Assembly: GCA_037142195.1 (NCBI GenBank)
Contig: JBAXBA010000013.1
Span: 1 to 56,366, forward strand
Origin: Pseudomonadota bacterium
GTDB lineage: Bacteria; Bdellovibrionota_B; Oligoflexia; Oligoflexales; CAIMVM01
Length of the DNA stretch: 56,366 nucleotides
Reading direction: 5' to 3'
Under the pieces are notes generated by a model. The model did no database searches and had not been told where the DNA came from. It saw only the letters and a program-made list of their open reading frames with translations. Each line of letters begins with the position of its first letter. The stretch's first letter is position 1. Positions 30,901 to 39,269 of the stretch are shown here, piece by piece. A program made the position numbers and the translations under genes.

Positions 30901-32534
30901 TCGCTCTACCAGGACTCATTCGCAACAAGTCACGTATCGAATTGAGTTCCTACTTCAATACTATGAGCACCGGCCCTCAGCAGTACGATAGCTTTGGTGC
31001 CATATATAAGGTAGGCTCGGCTATGAGTTTTCAAGCCAACCTTATGGGTGGTGGGTACTACGGCAACTATAACGAAATACAATATAGATTTGAAATCCTT
31101 CATGATGATTGTTTTGGTAACAAGTCTTCGGAGTTAGTCTCTGATTGGTCGACCAGTAGTTCTGCAAGTAATTATACTTTACTTGCATCATCCCCATGCT
31201 CGATGGTTATGGTGAGCGCTAGAAACAACGACGGTGTCAACGTAGCAGGAAATGCCGATAAGGGAGACGGCTATATCATAACCCATATCAATACAGCACC
31301 AAGCGGCTACACCCCTGTTAGCTCGATCAATTTTAGTCAAATGAATCTCGTCAATGGATTTAAGGGGCAATGGGATACGCTCTTTGCCTATCCAGGAACC
31401 AATTTTCAGTTCTATCTACCGGCAGTTATAATCAATGAATCGAGCCAGACGACAGCACCTTGGGTTCGCGCTGTGATCACCAATACCTGCCAACAAGCGC
31501 CCTATGGCTCACCATACTCCATGCTAGGTGCGCCTGTGCCCAATGCAGATTCTGGCTGGGTGGCCGCTGGCTCTTTAATTTCTATCCCTGTTCCTGCGGA
31601 CTTACTCAGTTCTACAATGGGATATTGCTTTAGACTCGTCGTGTCTGCCCGTACTTCTGCTTCGAATGCATTCGACATCTTAGGTGGTCAAGGTGTTTGG
31701 AGTAACTATCTGGAAATCACTCCGAAGTCTGCCGTAAGACCGAGAGTGGATTTGGTCTTTAAGAAAAATGGGGCTCCCCTTGACCCCACTACTGTAACGC
31801 TTGATTATGCAGATCCCCTAGTATTGAGCCTGACAGGCACAGACCCCAATCCTTCGGAAGTACTCGAATATAAAATTAGTATCCGCGACATATGCTCAAC
31901 TTATAGCGTTTTCTATACATCCACCTGGACAACAACATCGCAGTTTAGTATTCCCACTAGTACGATTGACCCTGCATCCCATCAATCCAGTATTTCCTAT
32001 TATCCCTATATCAATCGATGCATAGAAGTTACGGCTTTTGTTCGAGATAGCGACTCCATAGAATACTATGGAACGGACCAAGGTGATGCAAGCATTCTAG
32101 CGACGGTGGCTTACTCAGATGGTAGACTTCCGATTGTAACTTTTACAACCCCGCAAGTTCTCCTAAATGGTTCCAATATTATGCCAACAGCGCTAACTAC
32201 AGGCACCCCATTCACCACAAATATCTTTGGATACCGGGATGCCGAGGGAAAACCACTTAGGGTTCAATCCACGGCACTAGAGTTTTGTAACGGAAATTTG
32301 ATAGAGACCCACTATATAGATCAGTATGCGAATGGCTACGTTCTAACACCTGGTGCCGATGGCTTTTCCATTATGAATGAAAACTACTTACAGATGGCAC
32401 TGCCTCAGCCAAGCACTTGTCAAGGATCACGTGAAGTCCACTTTATTCAGACCATAAAAGATGAAAATCCCACTACAGATTCCTCTGCCTATCATCAGAT
32501 TGACGTTATTAGTTTCACTGCAAGTTGGAATTAA
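27918..32534 (+). CDS. Giant lipoprotein (1538 aa): Ala/Ser-rich helical N-region plus repeated Cys-paired beta domains
   Basis: ATG 27918 after ggagg, lipobox IASG-C, recurring R-[ND]-x-D-G...GD units. Confidence 0.85.
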   Translation: MTSKTIWLSILIASGCSFQGTSQLSKTSKLSLAGLTNLSDSKKISLAGDLMIESLKDDLFAQGFNLAQVKGIVSSAKTEVSLSASLAIESSNLTLAAASNNPYAIATSAVTKGALANRLSTSFESDSLSFGLNGSADVQYKLKKLKAIAGGTMKAIGKLKESMSPSTEELIDATSEVSAQAASSISTSGIPLEMIGAATSIIAKSTLENIAAAGLSESTADVIKSLTKGTMTGISQIFQNSDIAQTAGDVSSSFITAISQVTFHSSIAVKDLIGSVSEGAVASLNEMSHVEVSEMSSIINQIQASSFEAISQNYSGDIAAEMYVAVSAGTVEGLNQVSMMAEESQAMATIYQDTIASTTASISKDLGVDATKYTVSIQKTVADSGSTSAVQVFNDPCAKADKPKACSFNYCNAMTYSTTLGAQSSSLDFYAASVAIGPEFQDQLGSKSCRIPSTLSVCPTSSQMSGGNLAWAYTSDTVPYCTPTFTPAPTNINKERVSFYLNYDPSDSYYFVNNSIYLYITPNGVTQNTQTRVSFLRGCGGASQEVLKKDWDSQMIVQPVLDATDVNQCLKLKISIRNNDGVNDTGSPENGDFYRVYPLYVNDPYDYTYGYINSVNFLSGSAYYGNLDGRFQERILVAGTTLNIEANTSNVNEDVMFEMVSECDNTETLLLSSNMYLSSNPNASSGSTVSWSATIPDVPNNNCPSYLYSYLKDKTSIMRGEKGERARRKQPIFIVNPGKIPPRIIKMVVGEVSTTQMDYPVDILRVGKSVTVTALGYDIENVDTAPVTSNLEYKFEKENRCNGTKTILRNWGSSRSFSFTPTVQDVMVSSASGISTCVFLVGSVRDADGLEYMGQNAGDFSSRISTFVSDLNIPITAPVTLDGFDDASYFLTNENITLDLSAIKAKYPTMTQMKLFSSSTCYYNTSSSNLEFYGMPLSTDYVDITTSYTFKLPSYVYGCMGDNNRSTSLFLALRNGDGIYDITNGRLDLQHDIDVALPGLIRNKSRIELSSYFNTMSTGPQQYDSFGAIYKVGSAMSFQANLMGGGYYGNYNEIQYRFEILHDDCFGNKSSELVSDWSTSSSASNYTLLASSPCSMVMVSARNNDGVNVAGNADKGDGYIITHINTAPSGYTPVSSINFSQMNLVNGFKGQWDTLFAYPGTNFQFYLPAVIINESSQTTAPWVRAVITNTCQQAPYGSPYSMLGAPVPNADSGWVAAGSLISIPVPADLLSSTMGYCFRLVVSARTSASNAFDILGGQGVWSNYLEITPKSAVRPRVDLVFKKNGAPLDPTTVTLDYADPLVLSLTGTDPNPSEVLEYKISIRDICSTYSVFYTSTWTTTSQFSIPTSTIDPASHQSSISYYPYINRCIEVTAFVRDSDSIEYYGTDQGDASILATVAYSDGRLPIVTFTTPQVLLNGSNIMPTALTTGTPFTTNIFGYRDAEGKPLRVQSTALEFCNGNLIETHYIDQYANGYVLTPGADGFSIMNENYLQMALPQPSTCQGSREVHFIQTIKDENPTTDSSAYHQIDVISFTASWN

Positions 32535-32570
32535 GCGAATGATGAGGCGCTTTGCGCCTTGAGAACCATG

Positions 32571-32600
32571 TTGACACAGGCGCGAATGGAAAACTATCAT
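32571..32600 (+). promoter_or_regulatory. Putative sigma-70 promoter
   Basis: TTGACA-N18-TATCAT. Confidence 0.5.
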
Positions 32601-32604
32601 GCAG

Positions 32605-32800
32605 CGTCTTACGATCCGCCTTGTATCTATGACATTATTGGAAGACAGGAAAGGCTATAGCCGCCGTCATAACCAGTCGCGGTGGAGCAGCCTGTTACTT
32701 CAAGTTGCTCACCATCGAGCAGGAACAACCACCCGGACCTCGTCTGCGGTGTCAAGAGAAGCTTTTTGAGTTTGGTTTGAAAGAAAATCTATACAATAGG
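32605..32800 (+). ncRNA. Candidate structured ncRNA (weak 6S-like resemblance)
   Basis: Nested pairings TGACAT/GTGTCA, AGGCT/AGCCT, CCGCCG/CGGTGG, TGCTC/GAGCA downstream of a near-consensus promoter. Confidence 0.3.
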
Positions 32801-33120
32801 CTTGTCCACCATAGACAATGGCACCGGCGGAGCTTTACTTAAAGTCTAAGCTCAGGTCAGATTTTTTAGGAGAGCTATCTCCAAAGAGAGAAAATACACA
32901 CTATTTCAGTCCAGCATTTTTGCGCTCCCCCATCACGGAGAAAAGCTTCCATTTAAGCCTGGCATTCTGAGATTCAAACAGGCCGACGGTCAGGTCTTAT
33001 CTTGCAGAAAGAGAGTTGACTTCCTTGCTAACAATATCTACAGCCCCGACTGTTTTCAACCGGGCCTTGATTCGTTTCTTTTCTCCGGCTTTAAGTTCAT
33101 TTTGAAAAAGGAAAAATTCT

Positions 33121-34089
33121 ATGAAATTGCCTATGTATATTGCTGCACTTGCTTCTCTTTTAATGACGGCCCGCGCCGAAGCGGAGCCATCCCACGCATC
33201 TTCTAATAATTCGACACGGCAGTCGTTAACTAGAGAAATCTACGGGCCCTATGCTGCCCCGCGCAATTGCCCTGAAGGTTATGCCGGCGTTCCCGGCGAT
33301 AGGGAAAAGTTGGTCGACGGTAACCAAAAGGGAGTCCGCGGATTTTGCATTGCAAAGATTGAGATGAAGCATCCGACCGATGAAAATGTTGGATTTGTTG
33401 TCAACAGTCATTGGAGTGCGGAATGGGATTGGCGTCCAGACACCACCTCGATTCCCACAACCACATCAAAAAGCAGGCCGTGGATTTTGATTTCCTATCA
33501 GGAAGCTGTAGATGCGTGCAGCCGAATCAAGAGCCCCGATTTTTCCTACTCTCTTATTTCGTCATACGAGTGGTACACCGTTTCTGAGAGCATCAGCAAT
33601 ACCTATGAGAACTGGAGCGGTAAGCAAGTTGCCTCCGGTGAACTTTCCAAAGGTTTTCGGATTCTAGATATCAATCACCGAGACGATGCGACGTTTTTGC
33701 GTAACTATGTATGCGCATGGAGGACTGAATCCAGAGATTATTGTGCTGCCCCTTTGCCCGTCTCTGACATCTGGAATGTCCATTCGGATCTTTCCACAAG
33801 CATCGGTGACTCTGAGACTGAACAGTTTGTCCAGAACCGAACACACATGCTGTCTAATGGTCAAACCATCTGGGAATTTGGCGGAAACGTATCAGAATGG
33901 GTTATTCCTCCATCTAGTTTTGGAAAAGAATTTGCTCGTGGTGGAAATTTCTCAGACGTTTCCACAGACATCTACACAAAAATCGACGTGCCAAATCTGC
34001 CAGATAAACTTGCGCGCAAAATGCATTCGACCGATCCACGTCAGACCTTCGTTGGCTTTCGTTGCGTGGCGCATCCCGTTCAACGCTAA
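33121..34089 (+). CDS. Secreted FGE-sulfatase (SUMF1)/CLec-fold domain protein
   Basis: Signal peptide, CPEGYAGVPG, FCIAKIEMK, GGNVSEWV, RGGNF, VGFRCV. Confidence 0.8.
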   Translation: MKLPMYIAALASLLMTARAEAEPSHASSNNSTRQSLTREIYGPYAAPRNCPEGYAGVPGDREKLVDGNQKGVRGFCIAKIEMKHPTDENVGFVVNSHWSAEWDWRPDTTSIPTTTSKSRPWILISYQEAVDACSRIKSPDFSYSLISSYEWYTVSESISNTYENWSGKQVASGELSKGFRILDINHRDDATFLRNYVCAWRTESRDYCAAPLPVSDIWNVHSDLSTSIGDSETEQFVQNRTHMLSNGQTIWEFGGNVSEWVIPPSSFGKEFARGGNFSDVSTDIYTKIDVPNLPDKLARKMHSTDPRQTFVGFRCVAHPVQR

Positions 34090-34490
34090 ACCGCTTTATA
34101 GCTGAAAACCCGAACAAATGAGAGCCTCCTGCTAGTGGGCCTCTTTTTTTTTACGATTTTCAAAAAAAAATGGCATTTCACTTGAGAAGCAGAGGCTCTG
34201 AGCAAACGCGGCGCCTGAAATTCAAATGTTTTTCAACAATTTGGTCGAAATTTCGTTTCAGACTCCCATAAGCCAAGGTTAGAGATTTTCAATAATAAGG
34301 AAGCAAGAAATGCTCACCTTCCGGAGTTTTCTTTACTCTCGAAATTGGTTCCCTATCTGTCACAATTGGGCCGATGGGTGCAGCTGTGGGGCTTCCCGAT
34401 GCGTCAATCTATTGACTACTCCCTCTAGGATGCCATCTTTGACTTACCGATGGTATTTGGATAAAATTTACATCCTTAGAGAGGCTTTTC

Positions 34491-36143
34491 ATGAAGATCG
34501 GGCGGTTACTTTTGTGTGCATCAATGTTATTACCATTCAGTGGTTGTGCCAAAAAGAAGGGTTCTGCGGCACCAGAGTCTAATGCATCAAACCGAAAAAT
34601 ATCATTCGGTATCGATAGCGTTATTGGCTTAAATCTTGCTAATTCCATCGGCGCCTGGGCCAAAGAAATTGATTTGGTTTGTCCTGACAAAACTTATCCC
34701 ATTTCATTTGCCGATGTAGCCAATCAGAAGTTCGAAATCGCTCGCGACCTCGCGGGCTGCACGTTTAAGCTTAAGAAATTCGTAGCCGATGCATTGGTGA
34801 ATCTGCCTATGCCTCAGACTAGTTATGATTTTGTTCAGGATTCAACTGTTGCGAATAACGGTCTGGCAGTGGGCGTATTTGACTCTAAGAATGACAAAGG
34901 AGAACTTCTCGACCGCCGATTGGTTAATTACTCCCAAACGGTGGATTCCAACAATTGCATCCTCGGGAGCGCTTGTCGCGGTACCGATTTGACAGTCACT
35001 TTCAGTTACAGCCAATTGACTCGGACTGACACCAAGGTGGTAAACAATATCAAGATCACCGCGAACAGTCTCAAATTTGAGAATGAATTGCCACCCCAGT
35101 GCACCGCTGCGGCAGAATTTGTTACACCGACTGCCGACAATGCGATGGCTGTTGATAGCATAAAATTGCGATTGACGTTGTACTCCTGCGTAAACTTAGC
35201 GACTTCGAAGGAATTGCAATTCGGATGGGTTCGCCACTGGTATTCCAGCGTTTATCAAGCCAAGAATGTCACCACGACCGAAGTTTCTGGGTCAGCTAAT
35301 GTTATCGGCTTGCATGAACGCATTAACGGAACGGCTCCCGCGCAAGGCACGGGTTCGATTCCAGCATCAGTTCCTGGTACTTTTGGTTCATTTACCTACA
35401 CAGGTTCGTCGGTAGTTCTTGAGCTTACATTGGCCCAATTGAAAGCATTGAGTGGTAAATCGAATACCTTCGAGGCTCTCCGCGAAGACCTTGTTTTAGC
35501 GATTCGAAATAAGGAAGGGAAGTCAATTTCCTACTTTGTTGTTGACAACGACTGCACCACTTCTCTTACCCAAGCGATGAATTATAAACTTACAAGCGGT
35601 GTAACACGCGCGTGGACGCAGAGTTACACGGATCCTGCTAAACAAGGACTTTGGACTGTTTCTAAGCTAGACCTTGGAACTGGGCAAAAGACCTATCCAG
35701 GATTTTGCATGGATGTCGATCGGTCTTCCGGCAACGCGGATTTTTCTGGTGACGTAGTTTCCAGCTTTGACTTTGACCGACTTTATCGAGATGGACTTGT
35801 TGAGCATCCTACCGCGATGCCACAAGTGAACTATATTTTGAATAAGTACTATGGGAAAACTCTTGGCGGACATGCCTACACTTGGTCGGAAGTGCAGACT
35901 GCCATCTGGAATCTTGTGGAAAACAACCCACAATCCGGCAATGGAACAGGCCCAGTCGATGCGGCTTCTGTAAAAATAATGACCGATGATGCTCTTGCAA
36001 ATGGCACCGCTTATGCCCCTCAGTGTACTGATGACTATTTTGCGGCGATACTAGTTCCAAAAACCACAGGCCAAATTCAAAACCAGATCATCTTTGCTGT
36101 TATCAGACCGCAAGACGTATTAGACGTCTGCTCTGCGAAATAA
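34491..36143 (+). CDS. Lipoprotein with putative C-terminal Cys-Gln thioester (TED/TQXA-like) domain
   Basis: Lipobox FSG-C; C-terminal YPGFCMD, VNYILN, EVQTAIW, QNQII. Confidence 0.7.
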   Translation: MKIGRLLLCASMLLPFSGCAKKKGSAAPESNASNRKISFGIDSVIGLNLANSIGAWAKEIDLVCPDKTYPISFADVANQKFEIARDLAGCTFKLKKFVADALVNLPMPQTSYDFVQDSTVANNGLAVGVFDSKNDKGELLDRRLVNYSQTVDSNNCILGSACRGTDLTVTFSYSQLTRTDTKVVNNIKITANSLKFENELPPQCTAAAEFVTPTADNAMAVDSIKLRLTLYSCVNLATSKELQFGWVRHWYSSVYQAKNVTTTEVSGSANVIGLHERINGTAPAQGTGSIPASVPGTFGSFTYTGSSVVLELTLAQLKALSGKSNTFEALREDLVLAIRNKEGKSISYFVVDNDCTTSLTQAMNYKLTSGVTRAWTQSYTDPAKQGLWTVSKLDLGTGQKTYPGFCMDVDRSSGNADFSGDVVSSFDFDRLYRDGLVEHPTAMPQVNYILNKYYGKTLGGHAYTWSEVQTAIWNLVENNPQSGNGTGPVDAASVKIMTDDALANGTAYAPQCTDDYFAAILVPKTTGQIQNQIIFAVIRPQDVLDVCSAK

Positions 36144-36185
36144 GATTACCTAGACCTTTCTTACCTTTACCGAAGTTTCTATAGG

Positions 36186-36213
36186 GAGGTCCCTGCCTTA
36201 TGGCTGGGACCTC
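36186..36213. terminator. GC-rich hairpin, probable terminator
   Basis: gaggtccc-tgcc-ttat-ggct-gggacctc downstream of the stop codon. Confidence 0.55.
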
Positions 36214-36641
36214 TTAGTCCACCAGCCCTACTCCGTGGTATCCCAAGTTTCTATTTAACTTGCTACTGCATCCTGCTGCTTGGATAAACTCAACATTCCC
36301 AGTTGATGGACCCACTCTCCCGTCATGCCGATGTTTTCAGGTGGAGTTCGACTTAGACTCGAGTCCGCTAGGGCTACTCGTAAAAAGCAAAATTTTCGCC
36401 TCTGGTTAGAGACATAACGAAGATTTTTTATTGTTGCCATTTCCCTTAGAGGGCCAAAAGCAGAGATATCCAAAGCTTTAATACAAAAAAGCCTTGGATA
36501 TAGGAATGTCAGTCTCTTAGAATCTCAGCGAGCTGCCTCATTCCCTTTTAAGCCCATAAACTTCCGATCAAGTCTAGAGCATGTCTCATGCACCTTTAGG
36601 AATGGAAGTCTCTGCCAACTTTCAAAGCAAGAGTCGTCCCT

Positions 36642-37034
36642 TTAGTGGTCTTGAGGCTTCCTAGCAAAGAGTTGCTTTATTGCAGGGCTATATTCTTTGC
36701 TGAAAAAAGCAAGGTAGATTTCTAGCGCGCCCAACACCAGAGAAATAGGCAAGCCCTCATGGGCCATAAAACTGTGGACCAAAAATATATTAAGAATCAC
36801 TGGAGCTAGAGCCACCAGCGCCAAAGGAACAAACCTGCCACTCAGAAGCATAAGTCCGCAGGAAATTTCCGTACCTTTTAACAAGTAAAAAAAATATCCG
36901 GTTGCAGCCATGCCTTTGAAGAAATCCCCCATTGCCCCTTCGAGGGGAGGAGGTGTTGTGAAGAAGAAGGCAACGCCAGAACCAAGAAAGATCAGCCCCA
37001 TCAGAATTCGCAAAATCATCGTAACTTTTTTCAT
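36642..37034 (-). CDS. DoxX-family membrane protein
   Basis: RILMGLIF, GRFVPLALVALAPVILNIFLVH; 4 TM segments. Confidence 0.85.
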   Translation of the reverse strand: MKKVTMILRILMGLIFLGSGVAFFFTTPPPLEGAMGDFFKGMAATGYFFYLLKGTEISCGLMLLSGRFVPLALVALAPVILNIFLVHSFMAHEGLPISLVLGALEIYLAFFSKEYSPAIKQLFARKPQDH

Positions 37035-37093
37035 GTCCTATCACCCTCTATCGTTAAATGTTTATTTCACCAGGATTCGAAGTCGATCCGAAA

Positions 37094-37627
37094 CTATTTC
37101 GAGCTCTCTGCTATCAACTTAAGTTTGTTCAGTCCCTTTTCAAATTCTCCGCCAACCATCTTGTCGACATTGAGTAGTACTCCCATGAGACGAAAGAAAA
37201 AACTGTTGTGGCATTCGACAGACCAAGTGACCTTCGTGCCCCCTTGGGTAGGCGTCAGAGTCACCTCAGCTACCTGCGACATCGCTATGGGCTTTGTGTA
37301 AGTGAGTTGAGTCTTAACAGACTGATTTAGGTTGCTTTCCATGACAACAGCGCTGCCCGTACCCATCTTTCCCGGACTATCCCACTCTGACTTTGATCCC
37401 ACTCCCTCATCAGGCCCGGAGAACACCATTTTGACACCCGGATCTGATTCCAACCAAGGCATCCAATCATTCATTTTCTTTGAGTGATTGATCATGGGAA
37501 AAAGCGAATCTGGCGTCGCTTGGATCACGATTTCGCGCGAGATGGTCTTTTCAGCAGGAAGAAAATAGACATAGGTAGCAAAACCTAACAGCAAAGCACC
37601 TACGAAACTTGCGATCTTTAGGAACAT
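37094..37627 (-). CDS. SRPBCC/polyketide-cyclase-family protein
   Basis: N-terminal TM, WMPWLESDP, GPDEGVGS, GTKVTWS, MVGGEFEKGLNKLK; ATG 37627 after ggagg. Confidence 0.88.
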   Translation of the reverse strand: MFLKIASFVGALLLGFATYVYFLPAEKTISREIVIQATPDSLFPMINHSKKMNDWMPWLESDPGVKMVFSGPDEGVGSKSEWDSPGKMGTGSAVVMESNLNQSVKTQLTYTKPIAMSQVAEVTLTPTQGGTKVTWSVECHNSFFFRLMGVLLNVDKMVGGEFEKGLNKLKLIAESSK

Positions 37628-38180
37628 TTTCCCTCCAAAATAAACTATGGATCTTAACAACTCTAAAAAGAAGACTATTTTACCACGGTTGCAAGTTCAG
37701 AGTAATATTTGGTCACTCCCTGAAGTGAGAAATCTTGTTAGCGTCTCTACCTATCCATTCATTACAAGCTCATGTTTTTTCCGCGAATGCTCAGATCAAG
37801 CAAAACTTCCCCGGAAAATCCCGGGTCCGTATTGAGGTTTTTCGGCGTTTTAGCAAACAAAGCAACCTCATTAAAATACCACTTGCCTCTCTCGAGATTT
37901 ATACTTCTCTACAAAAAATTAGAAGCAGTCCTTTAAAATACTTACTTTCCTACAATGGAAAAAAAGATCGAACCTGGAACTGTTTATAGTCGCTCCCGTA
38001 CTTTGTGCGCTTGAGATGTTTCCTGAAAGCCTTCTAAATTTAGCTTTCTAACCAAGGCTAAATAGTCTCCAAGATTTGAACGGCATTTGACGAAGTCCCT
38101 ACGGAATCTGGAGCTTGTAAGGCCAAGTCAGTGGCAGAGGGACAAAGAAAATATCTCTATCTCAATGTTCCTATTTTCTC

Positions 38181-38520
38181 TCCCCAACGAATTTACAGAG
38201 TGGATGGGCCGCCCATTATAAAATTCAGTAAGCTCCAAGTCTGTCGCTGAAGCGCCCTCGCCTACTTTGCTGCACTGGCCTGATTTTTATGTTTGAAGTT
38301 CCTCATGAGTCTCATGCATAGTTCCCCAACTGAAATTACATAAGCCCCAAGATTCGAGATCCTAAATCCCCCAAATATCTAAACTGAAGGAGGGAACTTC
38401 TGTGAGCCCAATACCTAGCAACACGCAAGCTACCCGACTGTTAGCGTGCCTCGTTTAAAGGCAAACCAGTTCTACTACAAAGCATCAGGAAGATTTGCTT
38501 AGTCCCCAACAGAATTTAAC
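38181..38520. repeat. Three dispersed copies of TCCCCAAC(N)GAA(A/T)TTA
   Basis: 38181 tccccaacgaatttaca; 38323 tccccaactgaaattaca; 38503 tccccaacagaatttaac. Confidence 0.6.
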
Positions 38521-38648
38521 CGTTTGCCTTTTGGGTGAACTGTGAGTCTACTTCACTAGTTTACCTTGCGCTCGCTAAACGGCGAAGGTATGATGAAGTG
38601 GTTGGAAGATAGGATGTATCTTTAAAATACTAAATTTGAGGTTTCAAA

Positions 38649-39149
38649 ATGAATCGTATAAATCTTTTTGTCGCATCTTGTTTCTTTTCTAGTCAGGTTT
38701 TTGCGGCTGATTTCATCACTCTTATCTATGGTCCCATCAAGAGAAGCATACCTGTTTCAGAATTTCATTACCTTGAAGAAACTGGGAAGGGAATTGGTAG
38801 CCTCGGTGAACTATTGCGACTTGCAAAACAGCCACCAGCGCGGGTCCAGGAGCTTTTAAAGACTAGTTTTGATTTGGATGTTGTAGATGCTAGCAACTTT
38901 TTGAATTCAAGCCTAGCTAACGGTATCCTCACAAAGCTCGGACGAGCCATTCATCCTCCCTACTCTAGCGACTATAGTGTTCAAGCATTTCGTGCGGCAT
39001 TTATCGCAAGTGCGGCTGATGGTAACATTAAAGTTATTGAAATATTCGACAATTACCCCAACAGGCAAATGTGGATTGATCTAGAAGTGCTGCCTGAAGT
39101 AATCAAAGAACTTGGCAGTATCCTGAACCTTCGAGGTTTCGGAAAATAG
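38649..39149 (+). CDS. Secreted DUF1400-like protein (standalone alpha/beta-hydrolase N-terminal domain)
   Basis: Signal peptide, YGPIKRSIPVSE..ETG, AFRAAFIASA, NYPNRQMWIDL. Confidence 0.7.
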   Translation: MNRINLFVASCFFSSQVFAADFITLIYGPIKRSIPVSEFHYLEETGKGIGSLGELLRLAKQPPARVQELLKTSFDLDVVDASNFLNSSLANGILTKLGRAIHPPYSSDYSVQAFRAAFIASAADGNIKVIEIFDNYPNRQMWIDLEVLPEVIKELGSILNLRGFGK

Positions 39150-39182
39150 TTATTAAGATAATCCTCAATAAAAGACTCTTTG

Positions 39183-39213
39183 AAAAAAGGAAGCTGGACG
39201 GCTTCCTTTTTTT
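39183..39213. terminator. Bidirectional intrinsic terminator
   Basis: aaaaaaggaagc-tggacg-gcttcctttttt between convergent genes. Confidence 0.85.
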
Positions 39214-39218
39214 GTCCC

Positions 39219-39262
39219 AAAGAGAGAGGAAAAGAGAGGAAAAGAGAGAGGAAAAGAGAGAG
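39219..39262. repeat. Polypurine GGAAAAGAGA(GA) tandem repeat
   Basis: agagagaggaaaagagaggaaaagagagaggaaaagagagag. Confidence 0.85.
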
Positions 39263-39269
39263 CGGCATA

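Noticed and set aside
33121..34089. Diversity-generating retroelement target (CLec fold ending GFRCV)
   Set aside because: No reverse transcriptase, Avd or adenine-variant template repeat seen in the window; a remote DGR cannot be excluded
37647..37989. Short intergenic ORFs (also 21102-21308, 36255-36473, 44714-44941)
   Set aside because: Weak starts, no recognisable family, unprotein-like composition
38457..38500. c-di-GMP-I riboswitch (AAAGGCAAACC start)
   Set aside because: Lacks the GAAA-capped P2 stem and the GACGCAAA core
38181..38520. CRISPR array
   Set aside because: Repeats are short, degenerate and irregularly spaced; no cas genes
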